IMG/VR virus record: IMGVR_UViG_3300021387_000125
Coordinates: 2,762-66,761 of that record
Reading direction: 5' to 3' (one strand)
Length of the DNA: 64,000 nt
DNA from: a virus
Taxonomy: Duplodnaviria; Caudoviricetes
Position numbers and translations under genes: made by a program. Positions 27,596 through 37,373 of the stretch are shown here, one piece after another. The notes below the pieces were generated by a model that made no database searches, was not told the origin of the DNA, and worked only from the letters and a program-made list of their open reading frames with translations. How positions within the stretch are numbered: the stretch's first letter is position 1; each line of letters starts with the position of its first letter.

Positions 27596-28540
27596 CTAAA
27601 AGTACACACTAAATAAATAATCAATAGCTATTTTCTCATCTAATAACCCCGTCTTTATATCACGCTCTATTCGTTGTAGCCATCTCAGTAATACCTCCAA
27701 ATCTCTAGTACTAAATCTATTAATGCACTCTTTAGCATTTCTTATCTGCCAGCTTATAAGTCCAGTAGATTTTGATATATCTTTACTTGTACACGTTTGC
27801 ACTTGTAACACTTGCTTTGCATTATTATATAGATTAGATATAATTGATAGAGTCGGTGTTTCTAATTCCTTTAAATCTTGATACAGCTCATAAGCTAATT
27901 TAGGTTTATTCTGTAGAAATGCTTTAATAAATTCCCATAATGTATCTCTAGGTGGTACATAGATTGTTCCATCTTCTAATAACTTTTGAAATACTCCGTC
28001 TTGAGTTGGTGCTGGACCTAAATAATTAACATATCTCTTTATCTTATCAATCTCTAATAGACAATGCCCATATGAGTATCCGCATATCTCCATAAGTATC
28101 TCACAGTTTCTATCATTCAAGTCTATTTCTTTCTGTATATAACGCTTCAATACAGCTTCATTTAGAGCTTCAAATTCAAAAGTTGATGTTTTATACGTCT
28201 TTAGTATTTTAAGTCGCTTATCAACGCTTGTAAGCTCTAATATGAGCATATTATTACGCAATACATCATTAAGTCTTGAGTATATCTTTTCGTTTGTCAT
28301 AAGCTCTTTATCATCACGCAATACATATAATACATCAGAACCAAACAATGATTGAGCCTTTAATTCATTCCACACTACATCTATATCTTCTGCATAACTA
28401 ATTGATAGCTTCTTTACCTTTGCTATCTGCTTTATATATTCTTGTTGTATCTTCCACTCATCACCGGTAAATATCAGAAAGTTTGGTATATTATCATTTT
28501 TAATGAGCTTCTTTAACTCTTGTACTTCCATCAGCACCAT
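27596..28540 (-). CDS. holA: Clamp loader delta subunit-like
   Basis: F.F.G.E....Y, SLFG...L.V, DKR.K and LEIDK motifs; adjacent to holB/dnaX-like genes. Confidence 0.7.
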   Translation of the reverse strand: MVLMEVQELKKLIKNDNIPNFLIFTGDEWKIQQEYIKQIAKVKKLSISYAEDIDVVWNELKAQSLFGSDVLYVLRDDKELMTNEKIYSRLNDVLRNNMLILELTSVDKRLKILKTYKTSTFEFEALNEAVLKRYIQKEIDLNDRNCEILMEICGYSYGHCLLEIDKIKRYVNYLGPAPTQDGVFQKLLEDGTIYVPPRDTLWEFIKAFLQNKPKLAYELYQDLKELETPTLSIISNLYNNAKQVLQVQTCTSKDISKSTGLISWQIRNAKECINRFSTRDLEVLLRWLQRIERDIKTGLLDEKIAIDYLFSVYF

Positions 28541-29361
28541 TCCTTTCTAATATTCAATATAAATATATCGAACAGCGCACCCTTATTTATTCCAACAATG
28601 TTTAATTGTGATAATGAATTTGAAGCTACTTTAATTCCACTAGAATAATGTTCTCTTTCAACTATATCTCCATTTTCTGCTATGTTCTGCATTAATCTTT
28701 TACCACAAATTGATTTAAACGCTCGCAAAAATAACTTAACATCATACTTATTGGAGTCATTACCCTTTACATCAATTTGATTTGCTATCTTCAAAGCGTT
28801 TGCTGTAGAAACATCTGCTACATTATCCACGACTTTTTCAACATAGCTGTAAAACTCTTCTGCACCAATAAAGTTTAATATATTTACATCTCCAGGAGTT
28901 TCACATAAATCTGTTACTATATCAGCTATACTATTATCCACATTAGCGTATTCTAATATTTCAACTGTTGAATATGGTTGCATATAATATCTTCCAGCTC
29001 TACTATATAATGTATCTAATACTGTTGTTATATCTTCTACTAGCATCATTATATATGCATTGTTTGGTGTTTCCTCACACACTTTCAATAAGGCATTTTT
29101 TGCTGAAACTGAAAGAGTATCACCTGAATGTATTACATATAAAGTTGGCTCTGCTACACTATAAGCACTTCTCATCATATCTCGTATAGCATCTACTTTA
29201 GGGTCAATTAATACATAATGACAATTAAGTGCATATGCTATCGCTTTTGACAAGGTTTTCTTTCCGCTACCCTCAGTACCTACTATGATACTAAATCTTG
29301 GAAAGTTATTACTTTCAATCTGTCGTGTTATTATATCTAATAGTTTAGTCTGTCCAATCAT
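28531..29361 (-). CDS. holB: Clamp loader delta-prime subunit-like
   Basis: IGQ...G.EGSGKKT Walker A, NALLKVCEE.P, TLYSR. Confidence 0.75.
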   Translation of the reverse strand: MIGQTKLLDIITRQIESNNFPRFSIIVGTEGSGKKTLSKAIAYALNCHYVLIDPKVDAIRDMMRSAYSVAEPTLYVIHSGDTLSVSAKNALLKVCEETPNNAYIMMLVEDITTVLDTLYSRAGRYYMQPYSTVEILEYANVDNSIADIVTDLCETPGDVNILNFIGAEEFYSYVEKVVDNVADVSTANALKIANQIDVKGNDSNKYDVKLFLRAFKSICGKRLMQNIAENGDIVEREHYSSGIKVASNSLSQLNIVGINKGALFDIFILNIRKEWC

Positions 29362-29374
29362 TTATCCGTCCTCT

Positions 29375-30244
29375 TTAAACTTTCATATTTCTTTTCTTAT
29401 GTGCTTCGCTCATTTTACGTTTAGTTTCTTCACTTAATTTTTTACCTTTATGAGATTCGCTTATTTTTCTACGAGTTTCCTCTGATACACTATGCCCTAA
29501 TTTTGACTGCCGTATATGTTCACGCTCAATATCTGATTTAATTCTACCTTTATGAATTTTACTAATTTTATCCTTTGCTTCTTGTGAAAACTCTCTTCCA
29601 GTTGAAGCCTTACGCAATACTTCTAAAGTTTCAGCCGTGTGCTTTTTACCATAGAATGGATTATTTTTACCCTTGCGTAATTCACTAATATGTACTTTCG
29701 CTTCATCTGAAAATTTACGTCCTTTATGAGATTCTGCTATATGTTGCCGACCTTCTTCTGAAATATTATGTGACTTTCCCTTATTTGCTTTACTCATTTT
29801 TCTACGTGTTTCTTCTGATAATACTTTACCTAAATTATTTTTTCTACATTTTTCTTTAAACTCATCAGACATTTGTATTCCTTTGTTCCAGGCTATTTGA
29901 CCTTTATGAGCATCACTCATTTTTTGTTTGGATTCAGCAGAATGTGTGTAACCAAATAATCCGTCACCGCCATCTGTAAGATTATACCCATAGTTAGAAT
30001 TATTAGTCTGATATTTATTTATAAGATATTTCTCACATTCGCAAGCCATTTCTTTTGATAAGTTTTCAAGTAATACTATATGTTTAATATTATTCCAACC
30101 ATACTTTTGTATTGCTCGATAGAACATTTGTTCAAAATAGCCAATACCATCAATTCCCCAACGGTCTTTAGGTTTCTTAGACGTAATACCTATATACAGT
30201 TTATTAGATGGAGTTATATGAACATAGACACAATATTTACTCAT
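29375..30244 (-). CDS. GIY-YIG homing endonuclease with NUMOD3 repeats
   Basis: VYVH.TPSNKLYIG..R; GYN.T.GG; repeated SEETRRKIS..HKG. Confidence 0.88.
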   Translation of the reverse strand: MSKYCVYVHITPSNKLYIGITSKKPKDRWGIDGIGYFEQMFYRAIQKYGWNNIKHIVLLENLSKEMACECEKYLINKYQTNNSNYGYNLTDGGDGLFGYTHSAESKQKMSDAHKGQIAWNKGIQMSDEFKEKCRKNNLGKVLSEETRRKMSKANKGKSHNISEEGRQHIAESHKGRKFSDEAKVHISELRKGKNNPFYGKKHTAETLEVLRKASTGREFSQEAKDKISKIHKGRIKSDIEREHIRQSKLGHSVSEETRRKISESHKGKKLSEETKRKMSEAHKKRNMKV

Positions 30245-30268
30245 AGCCAACACCTTGTTTTTATTTTA

Positions 30269-31294
30269 TTATATATCAATAGAATTAAGGATGCAAGCTT
30301 CTATCATATATTTTGGTGAACTATCATATCTTATTTCTGAATTTATCTTAATCAATAAATCCAATAAACCACTTATCTTATCAAATTCATCTGACATAGT
30401 TTCTAAAAATTCTTCAATACCGACACTATATGGTAACTGCACATAATCAAATGATTTAAGTATTGCATACTTTTTAATATCCAGGACAAAATTTAAAAGT
30501 TGCTTTATAAATTGCTTTAAATCCTTTCCATCATTATGTATCTCTTCTATAGTCCTTATAACACGCTCTGCATCATTCTGAATTATGTTAGATACTAAGT
30601 CCATCATAGTACTATAATCAGCTACACCTAATGCATCAATTATATTATCCATAGTTAGGTCTTGACTATATGATAGGCATTTATCCATAAGAGTTATAGC
30701 ATCTCTCATACCTCCATCGGCTAACTTTGCTAAATATTCTAATGCATCTATATCGTGTGCATCATCTTCACCACGTTCATTCTCAAGTATGTAATCTAAT
30801 CTATTCACAATACCCTTTTGACTTATTCTCTTAAAATCATACCTCTGTACTCTACTGAGTATAGTCTTTGGTATCTTCTCCGGATTAGTTGTACAGAATA
30901 TAAATATTGACTTTGCTGGCGGTTCTTCTATAAGCTTCAAAAATGCCTGCCACGCTGTATTACTTAATGAATGACACTCATCTATAATAAACACTTTATA
31001 TTCACTATCCAAACTTTTAGTCTTAGCTTGCTGAATTATATTTCTTACATCTTCTACACCACTATTACTAGCCGCATCCAGCTCTATAGGTGCTCCTTCG
31101 TGTTTATTTATCTCACTTGCGAATATTCTCGCACACGTAGTTTTTCCAGTTCCGCTTGACCCACAGAACAAATATGCGTGTTGAAATGAATTAGTTTCTA
31201 ATTGTTGTTGTAATATAACTCTAACGGAGTCTTGTTCACAAACATCATCCCAAATTTTAGGTCTATATTTTACAGCCAGTGTTTCACTTCTCAT
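30269..31294 (-). CDS. dnaX: Clamp loader gamma/tau subunit
   Basis: LAVKYRP, GSSGTGKTT, ELDAASN.GVE.VR, IIDECH, EEPP, TILSR, GGMRDAI. Confidence 0.92.
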   Translation of the reverse strand: MRSETLAVKYRPKIWDDVCEQDSVRVILQQQLETNSFQHAYLFCGSSGTGKTTCARIFASEINKHEGAPIELDAASNSGVEDVRNIIQQAKTKSLDSEYKVFIIDECHSLSNTAWQAFLKLIEEPPAKSIFIFCTTNPEKIPKTILSRVQRYDFKRISQKGIVNRLDYILENERGEDDAHDIDALEYLAKLADGGMRDAITLMDKCLSYSQDLTMDNIIDALGVADYSTMMDLVSNIIQNDAERVIRTIEEIHNDGKDLKQFIKQLLNFVLDIKKYAILKSFDYVQLPYSVGIEEFLETMSDEFDKISGLLDLLIKINSEIRYDSSPKYMIEACILNSIDI

Positions 31295-32100
31295 TCTTTA
31301 TTATCCTCTCTTTTGATTATCATTTGTTTATATCGACACTCTTTAGAACACGTTTTATTATATCTACATTTACGTTGTTGAAACTCTTTACCACATACGG
31401 TACATATTGATGTTTTCATAGGTATAGGTTTTTTCTCTTGATTTCTTAATGGTAAACCTAATTCCCGTTTACGCTCATTTGCCTTTCGTTTAGCCTCACT
31501 GATATGTTTTCCAACTTCTGGGTCACGAGGTCCTCTTTTTACACCTTTGTCTTTTCTAACCGTACCATTACGCTTTCGTGTTTCCATCTTTTTACGATTA
31601 GCTTCTGTATAATCATATACACCTTCTCTATGTCGCTTTTTTACAGTTTCGCTAATACGATGTTTCATTTCATCAGATAAATGACTATTTCTTAAACTGT
31701 CTGCATATTTTCGCACTCTATCATCCTCAATAGTTAAACCTTTATTCCACGCAGGTTTACCCAAATTTATTTCACGTAACTTTTCTTTAGTTTCACTTGA
31801 TAAGTGTCCCTTATTGCCTGCTTCGCGATTATTATAGTTTTGATTTGAGTTAATACCTCCATAATAATCTATCCAATACTGCTCTCTATCAGTTAACTTA
31901 TCTTCACTACATTCCTCTAAAACTGTAAATATAAAAACATCACTACCATATCTATTCCAAGAATTTTGTAAATGTTTATTTGAATGTTCATTTTTCTCTA
32001 ATGATTTTATATGTGAATACCAACGAGCTTCAATATCAACAGATTGTCCAATATAAACTTTGTTGTTGTATAAATTTTCAATTTTATAAATACCTATCAT
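31291..32100 (-). CDS. GIY-YIG homing endonuclease
   Basis: GIYKI.N..N.KVYIGQS....RW..H; REQYWID; NUMOD3-like repeats. Confidence 0.9.
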   Translation of the reverse strand: MIGIYKIENLYNNKVYIGQSVDIEARWYSHIKSLEKNEHSNKHLQNSWNRYGSDVFIFTVLEECSEDKLTDREQYWIDYYGGINSNQNYNNREAGNKGHLSSETKEKLREINLGKPAWNKGLTIEDDRVRKYADSLRNSHLSDEMKHRISETVKKRHREGVYDYTEANRKKMETRKRNGTVRKDKGVKRGPRDPEVGKHISEAKRKANERKRELGLPLRNQEKKPIPMKTSICTVCGKEFQQRKCRYNKTCSKECRYKQMIIKREDNKE

Positions 32101-32134
32101 ACTAACTAATCTCCTTTTATAATTTGATAAGTAT

Positions 32135-32163
32135 ATTATAACACGCTTATTTGCTTATGTAAA
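32135..32163 (-). promoter_or_regulatory. Promoter at the dnaX-stub/endonuclease junction
   Basis: TTTACA-N17-TATAAT with a TG extension. Confidence 0.65.
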
Positions 32164-32303
32164 GCTCCACCTACAAACAGGTATGAATGTTGAAATTCTC
32201 CAGTTTCTAGTTGCTGTTGCAGGATAACTTTAGTGCTATCCTGCTCAACAACTGAATCCCAATTATCGGGGCGATATTTTACTGCTAATGCGATTTTAGC
32301 CAT
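32136..32303 (-). pseudogene. Truncated duplicate of the dnaX 5' end (55 aa)
   Basis: MAKIALAVKYRPDNWDSVVEQDSTKVILQQQLETGEFQHSYLFVGGA; 31/45 identical to the DnaX N-terminus; stops at Walker A. Confidence 0.85.
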
Positions 32304-32471
32304 TTACTTTATCTCCTTTATTTCTCCACCTAATTCTATAATCTTATTATGCACAATAGCAATACCACCTAATAAACCATTTATTGTATCAGTATTTTTT
32401 AATCTATGTACTTTATCTGCCATTTCACTAGCAAGATTATTGAGCATATCAATTACTTCTTCATTACTCAT
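32304..32471 (-). CDS. Hypothetical 55-aa protein
   Basis: Manual translation MSNEEVIDML...; GGGGAGAG RBS. Confidence 0.5.
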   Translation of the reverse strand: MSNEEVIDMLNNLASEMADKVHRLKNTDTINGLLGGIAIVHNKIIELGGEIKEIK

Positions 32472-32696
32472 TTATCTCTCCCCCTTATATATATACTTAC
32501 CATATCTCATTGGGTTTCCATATCTGTCAACACCATCCATCCATATCATATCAATGTCATAGTGTTTTCTAAGATTGAATATGATTGCTGAAAGTCTTGT
32601 TGCTCCATAAAGCTCAATAGCTTCCATACTTGTTATTGTCTTGTTGTTCTTTAAATGTCTAAGTACCTCATTTGATTTAGTTGTAGTTCTTGCCAT
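32472..32696 (-). CDS. Winged HTH protein (HTH_39-like)
   Basis: VL.HL.....IT..EA...YG..RLSA.IF.LR motif. Confidence 0.75.
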   Translation of the reverse strand: MARTTTKSNEVLRHLKNNKTITSMEAIELYGATRLSAIIFNLRKHYDIDMIWMDGVDRYGNPMRYGKYIYKGER

Positions 32697-32700
32697 ATCT

Positions 32701-32982
32701 TTAATCCTCCTCATAATTAAAATCTGATAATATTAATTTAGACTTTATTTTTGGCAACGGTAATCTAGCATTACAAGCCGCCATTATCATATCAAATGCT
32801 TCTTTGTCACCGGAGTCTAAGTATATGCTATTCCACACAGAAACAACTTCTGCAACCCCCTCAAAACCCTCAACATACACTTTATCCCCAACTTCAAGTG
32901 AAGCATATATTGGTATTTCATATAGATGCATATATCCACCATATCTATACTTAACTAATGCTAATCCAAGCTTAGTACTCAT
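32701..32982 (-). CDS. Hypothetical protein
   Basis: Start moved to MSTK by GGAGGAAG RBS. Confidence 0.6.
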   Translation of the reverse strand: MSTKLGLALVKYRYGGYMHLYEIPIYASLEVGDKVYVEGFEGVAEVVSVWNSIYLDSGDKEAFDMIMAACNARLPLPKIKSKLILSDFNYEED

Positions 32983-33310
32983 TTTCAACTTCCTCCTCTT
33001 CATTATCCATATTATCCATAAATATTTCTTTCAACATACTACCTAATTCTTCATCACTTACATTACCTAACATTTCTACAAACTTATCATTAATTCGCTT
33101 TGCAAGTGTTTCACTATCCACAAATACGATATTCTCAGAAATTGCACTTTCGATACAATCTCTAAATTCTGTAGCTCCTATTAAATTCTCTTCACGAATG
33201 TTTAAATACAAGCTGTGTATCATAGATACAACTTCTACAGCTAAATCGTGAGCTGTTCCTTCACACTCAAACTTCATTATCTTATTTCTATCCAACTTTA
33301 CATCAATCAT
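32972..33310 (-). CDS. Hypothetical acidic protein
   Basis: 112 aa. Confidence 0.6.
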   Translation of the reverse strand: MIDVKLDRNKIMKFECEGTAHDLAVEVVSMIHSLYLNIREENLIGATEFRDCIESAISENIVFVDSETLAKRINDKFVEMLGNVSDEELGSMLKEIFMDNMDNEEEEVENEY

Positions 33311-33665
33311 TTTTGTTCTCCTCTTCTAAAAATTCTAATAGTTTATTAAGTGTCTTAAATAGCTTTTCATCTATTACATAATAGTTATCGCTATCTGGTC
33401 CAAAATTGAACACGAGTGCTGAATAATCTTTACCCATAGCAAATTGCTCTTCTTTATTCTTATCCAGCCACTCTTTCTTAATACTGAATGACTTTTTATT
33501 ATCTACACAAGTTTTACATTCCAATAAGAATAAATCTGTAGTTACATCACCAGCTACAAAATCACTCGCACCACTATTAGCTACTAATTTTCCATTTAAA
33601 GCTTTTGCCACTTTACGCTCTTGCCTACCACTATAATATCGTGTTGATTTTTTATTGTTCGTCAT
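33303..33665 (-). CDS. PD-(D/E)XK nuclease, Hjc-like resolvase
   Basis: QE.KVAK...NSGA...GDV...LLECKT. Confidence 0.7.
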   Translation of the reverse strand: MTNNKKSTRYYSGRQERKVAKALNGKLVANSGASDFVAGDVTTDLFLLECKTCVDNKKSFSIKKEWLDKNKEEQFAMGKDYSALVFNFGPDSDNYYVIDEKLFKTLNKLLEFLEEENKND

Positions 33666-33824
33666 TAAATGCCCAATGCTCCTTTCTTTTTATTTTATAT
33701 GCCCAACATTGTCCTATGCCATACTCTTTGCACACTTCTTTATAATTTACACCACTATTCATTTTTTCATAAATTTCAAAAACTTGCTCCTTAGTTAGTT
33801 TACTATTTGCATTTTTTGAACCAT
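33652..33824 (-). pseudogene. Frameshifted HNH-endonuclease C-terminal HTH remnant
   Basis: GSKNANSKLTKEQVFEI...YGI....I..KEHW is out of frame with its ATG (33824) across an A6 run. Confidence 0.45.
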
Positions 33825-33837
33825 ATTACTTTCCTTT

Positions 33838-34017
33838 CTATACATCTACTTCATATTCTTTTGCAAGTTCACTAAAATGTTGCATTATATAGATACATAT
33901 ATCTTTATTAAGTCCTTCTACTGATATATTCTCAATATATCCAACATCATACATATTAGTTACTCCACTATCACGTATTGCTACATACTCTTTAAATTGC
34001 TCTTTCGTAGGTTTCAT
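33838..34017 (-). CDS. DUF5049-like protein
   Basis: EQF..Y.AIRDSG.TNMYDV motif. Confidence 0.6.
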   Translation of the reverse strand: MKPTKEQFKEYVAIRDSGVTNMYDVGYIENISVEGLNKDICIYIMQHFSELAKEYEVDV

Positions 34018-34031
34018 ACTTCTACCTCCTT

Positions 34032-34847
34032 TCAATTCCAATTTATTCCAATTTTACCGTCTGGATGTATTATAATATTCGAATACCCATCTTTATAATC
34101 ATTATGTTGCTGTTGCCACATATCTCCTAATGTCAATCTTGCGTGTTTATTATTATAATCAAATGTAGCATAAACAAAGAAGTCTCCAATTCTAAAAGTA
34201 TTAACTTTTATCTCATTATCTGATTGTAAATCATTCCATATATCAATCGGATATTCATTTTTAGTTAAATCACTTAAAAATCTAAATGAGAAACTTTTTG
34301 GATTCCTTGTATTCATAAAAGTTTTAATGTAATCAATAGTCGGATTTTCTAATATCGTCTGCAAGGTGCAATTAGGAAATTTATCTGGATTATTATGTAC
34401 ATAATCATTATATGATAAATTTATATGTGCAATACCATTCAAACTACTGTCAAATCCAGATGTGTTAATTGAACAAAATACATTATTACTATTTTGTTTG
34501 AACATATCTACTATATTTTTGACCTGCTCTACATATAATCCAGGTTCACCACCTGTAATTGTGAGTCGTGCATCAGGATGTTCTATTAAGATACTTTGCA
34601 AAGAATTAAGTTGTGCATCAAAATCATTATTACCCTGCATAGGATGTTTTCTTTCTAAACAGAATGGACAATTATAAGGACACTCCTGAGTAAGTATTAA
34701 CTGCACATTTATTCTGTAATATAAAGGTCTGCCTAATGAAGTTTTTATTGTTCTTGAAGTTAATCTATAGTTTAAATCCTTTTGCATTTCATTTCTTATA
34801 TCATCATATGACTCAATACGTGGTATATAATTTAACTTACTACTCAT
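34032..34847 (-). CDS. Radical SAM protein
   Basis: CPYNCPFC (CX3CX2C), ITGGEP, SINTSG. Confidence 0.88.
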   Translation of the reverse strand: MSSKLNYIPRIESYDDIRNEMQKDLNYRLTSRTIKTSLGRPLYYRINVQLILTQECPYNCPFCLERKHPMQGNNDFDAQLNSLQSILIEHPDARLTITGGEPGLYVEQVKNIVDMFKQNSNNVFCSINTSGFDSSLNGIAHINLSYNDYVHNNPDKFPNCTLQTILENPTIDYIKTFMNTRNPKSFSFRFLSDLTKNEYPIDIWNDLQSDNEIKVNTFRIGDFFVYATFDYNNKHARLTLGDMWQQQHNDYKDGYSNIIIHPDGKIGINWN

Positions 34848-34911
34848 TCTGTCACCTCCTTTCTTTCAGTTATTTCCTTCCAAATCTATATCCTTGGGTA
34901 TGGTTACATAA

Positions 34912-35457
34912 TTAAATCAACTCTTTTTTCAAAATGCTACTCTTTATTATCCAGCCTTCCCACTCAATATTTACAAGTTCATCTGATATACCATCTATAT
35001 CATCAATATCTCTTACTATACCGAGCTTACTTAAACATATAGGTCCAATACCATAGTGTCTTGAGATTGGGTTTGTAAGTTCTTTTCCACAACAGTAGCA
35101 AGTGATTGTAGGTCTTGCTAATCCGTGTAGTTTCATATAATACATTCCACGAGTCTCTTTTTCGATTGTACCCTGCATTATTCTCATAGGCATTGGGTTG
35201 TCGTTATTCCATTTAAGCATAAAATCAAAATCTGCTGTAGCTTTTCTAGTCATATATGCTTTTACTTCAATCTCATATTCTATATCACGTTCTGACACTT
35301 CTAGCACGCTTGTATTTGCTTTTTTCTGATTAGACTTTAGAATTATATGTATATCATCTGAAATGCTCTTAAAAACGCTCTCAGCATCTCTGATTGATTT
35401 ATACTCTTTATCATTGACTATTACAGAACCTTCCCAATTTTTTATCATATTAAGCAT
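34912..35457 (-). CDS. Protein with C-terminal DUF6011-like Zn motif
   Basis: CYCCGKELTNP.S..YGIGP.C. Confidence 0.65.
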   Translation of the reverse strand: MLNMIKNWEGSVIVNDKEYKSIRDAESVFKSISDDIHIILKSNQKKANTSVLEVSERDIEYEIEVKAYMTRKATADFDFMLKWNNDNPMPMRIMQGTIEKETRGMYYMKLHGLARPTITCYCCGKELTNPISRHYGIGPICLSKLGIVRDIDDIDGISDELVNIEWEGWIIKSSILKKELI

Positions 35458-35743
35458 CTACGTGTTCTCCTTCTGCTAAAATTGAAATTACTTTATGGTC
35501 TGCTTTAAATGTCTTATAATCTTCTGCTCTCTGGCGTTCTGCATACTCAATAGCTCTATCTAATACTGTATTTACATCTCCATCATATCCAAGTAATGCA
35601 TCTATTCTGAGATAACATTCTGCAAGTGAGGCTGAATACAATTCTATATCTGTAAGCTTATCTGTTTCAATCTCCTTACCTGCATACTTATTTGCAAAAT
35701 TGAGTATTAATGTTCTTGCTTTCTTTCTTGTTGTTTTAAACAT
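35450..35743 (-). CDS. Hypothetical protein
   Basis: 97 aa after a promoter. Confidence 0.6.
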   Translation of the reverse strand: MFKTTRKKARTLILNFANKYAGKEIETDKLTDIELYSASLAECYLRIDALLGYDGDVNTVLDRAIEYAERQRAEDYKTFKADHKVISILAEGEHVDA

Positions 35744-35801
35744 ATCTTTATTCCTTTCTTTACTATATGTAATGTCGTGAGCTAATCTTTAACTCTTCTT
35801 C

Positions 35802-35830
35802 ATTATAACTCGTTATATAATGTTTGTCAA
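35802..35830 (-). promoter_or_regulatory. Sigma-A promoter
   Basis: TTGACA-N17-TATAAT. Confidence 0.75.
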
Positions 35831-35940
35831 TACATAAATTATAAAAATTTTTAAAATTAAAAACGCATAGCCACCTACCAAATGACTATGCGCTAAGTAT
35901 GATTAGACTAGGAGGTCTAACAGAAACCACTTATATATTA

Positions 35941-36999
35941 TCACTCTTCGTCCTCAATCTCAAGACTTACTTCGTCTGAGTCTAACCTGTCTGTAATTAA
36001 TTGCTCTATTTTAGCTAATACTTCTGGGTTATCTAACAGATACTCCTTTACATTATCTTGACCGTGTATCTTCTCAACTAATATCTCGCCAGTATCTATA
36101 TCTATGATATTAAACCAAGCTCCAGATTTATCAACTATACCATACTTCATAGCTACTTCTATTAAATCAGCTAAATAGTCTATACCCTCAAGATACTTTA
36201 GTGTATAAAATCCAGTTCTTCTAGTTGGTGGACAAGTTTTGTTCTTTTTCATTGTAACAAGTACTTTATTTCCAGCTGGGTTCTCTGCACTTCTTGTAAG
36301 CTTCTTATTGTTCTCATCAACATATTCGCCCATTCTAAATTCAAGTCGTACTGAACAATCGTGTTTCCAACCTCTACCACCTACTGTCTTTGTTCCACCA
36401 AACATACTATTAAAATCATCTCTTAACTGATTTATACCTATACAAGTACATTTATTCTTATTACATATACCTACAGCTCTTCCACCAAAATCTGTAAGAG
36501 CTTTAGATATACCTGCATATGTTTTCTCGGTCAAATCTTTATCCAAAGCTTGTTGAGATACCATTACACCAAAGCTATCAATTACTACTAAACCCAATTC
36601 ACCGGTGTCCATAGCTTCTAATACAAAATTAAATATCTCCTCTGCGCTTTGATTTTCTGGCTCAAACATAACTAAACTATCAACATCTACAGCAAGCTTG
36701 TGTGCCCATACGGCATCAAATGTATGTTCACAATCTACCCACATTACTTTTCTAGCATCATCTAATATCTGATAATTAGCTACAATATCCATAGCTGTTG
36801 TGGTCTTGCCTCCGTGCTCTTCACCATAAAACTCTATGAGCTTACCCATTGGTAATCCACCAAATGTCATATATGTAAGTCTAGGACTTGTAAATGGTAT
36901 TCTATCATAATCATATTCTGCTAATCCAGTATGAACTAAATCAGCTTTAAACTTCTTATTAAAATCCTTCATTACATCATCTAATTTACTCTTGCTCAA
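35941..36999 (-). CDS. recA: RecA-like recombinase
   Basis: GGLP.G..IEFYGEEHGGKTT, D.EH.FD, VIDS, INQLR, GG..WKH..SVR. Confidence 0.95.
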   Translation of the reverse strand: MSKSKLDDVMKDFNKKFKADLVHTGLAEYDYDRIPFTSPRLTYMTFGGLPMGKLIEFYGEEHGGKTTTAMDIVANYQILDDARKVMWVDCEHTFDAVWAHKLAVDVDSLVMFEPENQSAEEIFNFVLEAMDTGELGLVVIDSFGVMVSQQALDKDLTEKTYAGISKALTDFGGRAVGICNKNKCTCIGINQLRDDFNSMFGGTKTVGGRGWKHDCSVRLEFRMGEYVDENNKKLTRSAENPAGNKVLVTMKKNKTCPPTRRTGFYTLKYLEGIDYLADLIEVAMKYGIVDKSGAWFNIIDIDTGEILVEKIHGQDNVKEYLLDNPEVLAKIEQLITDRLDSDEVSLEIEDEE

Positions 37000-37351
37000 T
37001 TATGTACACCTCTGCCTTTCTTCTTCCAAATTGTATTGCCTCATCATATGAACCTACAAACACATCTATAACATTCTTTGACATTCCGCCTCTATCGTGA
37101 ACATAGAATACACCATACCCCTCAATGTATATATTCTTATGCCATAGCTGTGGGTCATTACTTGCTACTGTTACACCCTCGCAAGGATATACTCCATCAG
37201 CGCAAGCGTTACCAGTATCAATGTATGCTGTAAGCTCATATTCTCCTACATATTCTTTGTTCTCAATCATCTGTGATGCGTAAAATGTTGGTGGTACGTC
37301 CGACGGGGGATAACAACATAACACACCACATAGTATTAGCGTTTCTAACAT
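36986..37351 (-). CDS. 3D-domain protein with N-terminal signal-like peptide
   Basis: LTAY...ADG...TVA.D....V.DRGG....IDVF. Confidence 0.8.
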   Translation of the reverse strand: MLETLILCGVLCCYPPSDVPPTFYASQMIENKEYVGEYELTAYIDTGNACADGVYPCEGVTVASNDPQLWHKNIYIEGYGVFYVHDRGGMSKNVIDVFVGSYDEAIQFGRRKAEVYIIEQE

Positions 37352-37373
37352 TTCTAATTACCTCCTATAATAT

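Noticed and set aside
31295-32163. Group I intron in dnaX
   Set aside because: The downstream dnaX has its own complete N-terminus and start codon; no intron core elements recognised
34032-34847. QueE and a 7-deazaguanine pathway
   Set aside because: No queC, queD, folE or dpdA recognised; motif context is not QueE-specific
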